Assembly (NCBI GenBank): GCA_043228905.1
Contig: JBHGNT010000011.1
Location: forward strand, 13,268,001 to 13,332,000
Reading direction: 5' to 3'
Length of the DNA stretch: 64,000 nt
From: Azolla caroliniana
Taxonomy: Eukaryota; Plantae; Polypodiophyta
The position numbers and the translations under genes are program-made. Numbering within the stretch: position 1 is the first letter of the stretch; each line of letters starts with the position of its first letter. Below, one piece after another: positions 62,660-64,000 of this stretch. A model generated the notes under the pieces. It had not been told where the DNA came from and did no database searches. It worked only from the letters and a program-made list of their open reading frames with translations.

Positions 62660-64000
62660 CGCAGAATTCCAGGTTTAGTTCAGATTGTTGGAGCATTGCT
62701 GTTTTGTTGATCCGTTCTGCCACACCTTTTGCATGGGAGTATATGGAATGGTCTTTTGGTGCTGAATCTGTTTTCCGTAATGACAATGCTCAAAGAAGTT
62801 CGTCTTTGACTGGAGTTTCGGGATGTAGCCGATCAAGTAGGGCTTGTGACATATGGCCGAGTCAGCCATGCCATAAGTTCGAATATGGCAATTCGGCTAC
62901 GTCCATTGTGCCCTCTAGATTGATCTCCATCAGCGGATACTGATATTTCTTCAGCTGATCACTTGACATGACGACTCATGGAGAGTCGTTCGATACCCAG
63001 CTTCGGCTAGCATGCTCATGGAGACCAGACTCCTCTTCAACTTGGGTACATGCCAGACTCACTGCAGGGTGATAGTATTGCCGTTTGGCAATTGGATGGG
63101 GATCTCGTTGATCCTTGGGATTACGCACCTCCTACCCGTTTCCTAGTCGGACTGTGCTACTAGCTCCAACCGAATAGTTCGAGAATCATTCGATGTTGGG
63201 GGTCACGTGAAATGTGGATCCGGAATGTAGTGGCCACGTTCGCGCATCTTGTGCACTGTAGAGGATTTCTCCAATTGACGAATCTTCTAGGGAGAGGATT
63301 TCTCCCGATTGGGATTCAACAACATTGATTTGGTTGCTAATTCGAGAGTGGTTCGAGTCAGACTATCCTTGATTCCGTTTGAATCTCCGTCCATCCTCCT
63401 TCTTTTTGTTGATCGACCAACAACCGGCAACGCTGTGACCAGCCTTTCTACAATGTGTAGTAGGCATTCGACTTGATGTTTCGTGACTTGGACCGTTGTC
63501 AATTATCATTCCTCCTTCTTGGCCAACTAGTGCTTCAACCCGTTCTTCCGATTGGCTCAATTGAGTAGTGAGCTTAAGCCGAATAATTGATGGTGAGACT
63601 CATTGATTTTCACCGAATATCCCTCGTGAGAACTTGCCCAATTGTTTTATCGAGGTTTAGATTTGAACTGTTGTTGGAAAATGTCATGCAAAATACTTCC
63701 CAACTCGCCGGCAAGCTCAATAGGAGAGTAAGGGCTTTAACTTCTTCTTCGAAGTTAATCCCTTGGGAGGAGAGTTCGAAAAACACCTTGTGGAAGGTGT
63801 TGATGTGAGAGGTTTCCGGATCTGTCTTTCTCATTTTCATATTAAACAACTGTCGGATCAATATGAGCTTTGATGAGGACTCCTTTTCGTAAACAACTTG
63901 AAGCTTCTCCCACATGGCAAATGCCGAAGTCTCTTTGGCCACGTTGAACTAGATGTTCTCGGCCAGATGCATTCGGATGGTCGAGCTAGCTATTTCATCC
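62660..64000 (-). mobile_element. Deleted/decayed Copia remnant related to 22844-28225, continuing beyond the window
   Basis: gag (SSKLILIRQLFNMKM...LLSLPASWEVFC) and INT fragments closely resemble the nested Copia. Confidence 0.9.

Overview
Eukaryotic land-plant genomic DNA. The LRR receptor kinase and the Copia/Gypsy/hAT/L1/RTEX-like repertoire suggest a seed-free plant such as a fern or lycophyte (inference). There is one host gene, a two-exon LRR receptor-like kinase of the At2g24230/At5g58150/CaMRLK type (34171-37457, +), inside a field of nested transposons. From left to right: (1) an RTEX-like LINE split by a young 9.4-kb non-chromovirus Gypsy element (376-bp LTRs, TATTG TSD) with a large extra ORF; (2) L1 and hAT remnants; (3) a Copia containing a second Copia and a solo LTR; (4) the kinase; (5) two diverged copies of an unidentified ~5-kb AT-rich unit, each hit independently by solo LTRs and L1s, with a gag-only mini-retroelement in copy 2; (6) a further Copia remnant. 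The best candidate for something new is the Gypsy accessory cassette: four canonical E2F-type sites and a TATA box directly upstream of an intact ~730-aa, cysteine-free, NLS/coiled-coil ORF that is not an env. All coordinates, counts and identities were read by eye; no database searches were run.
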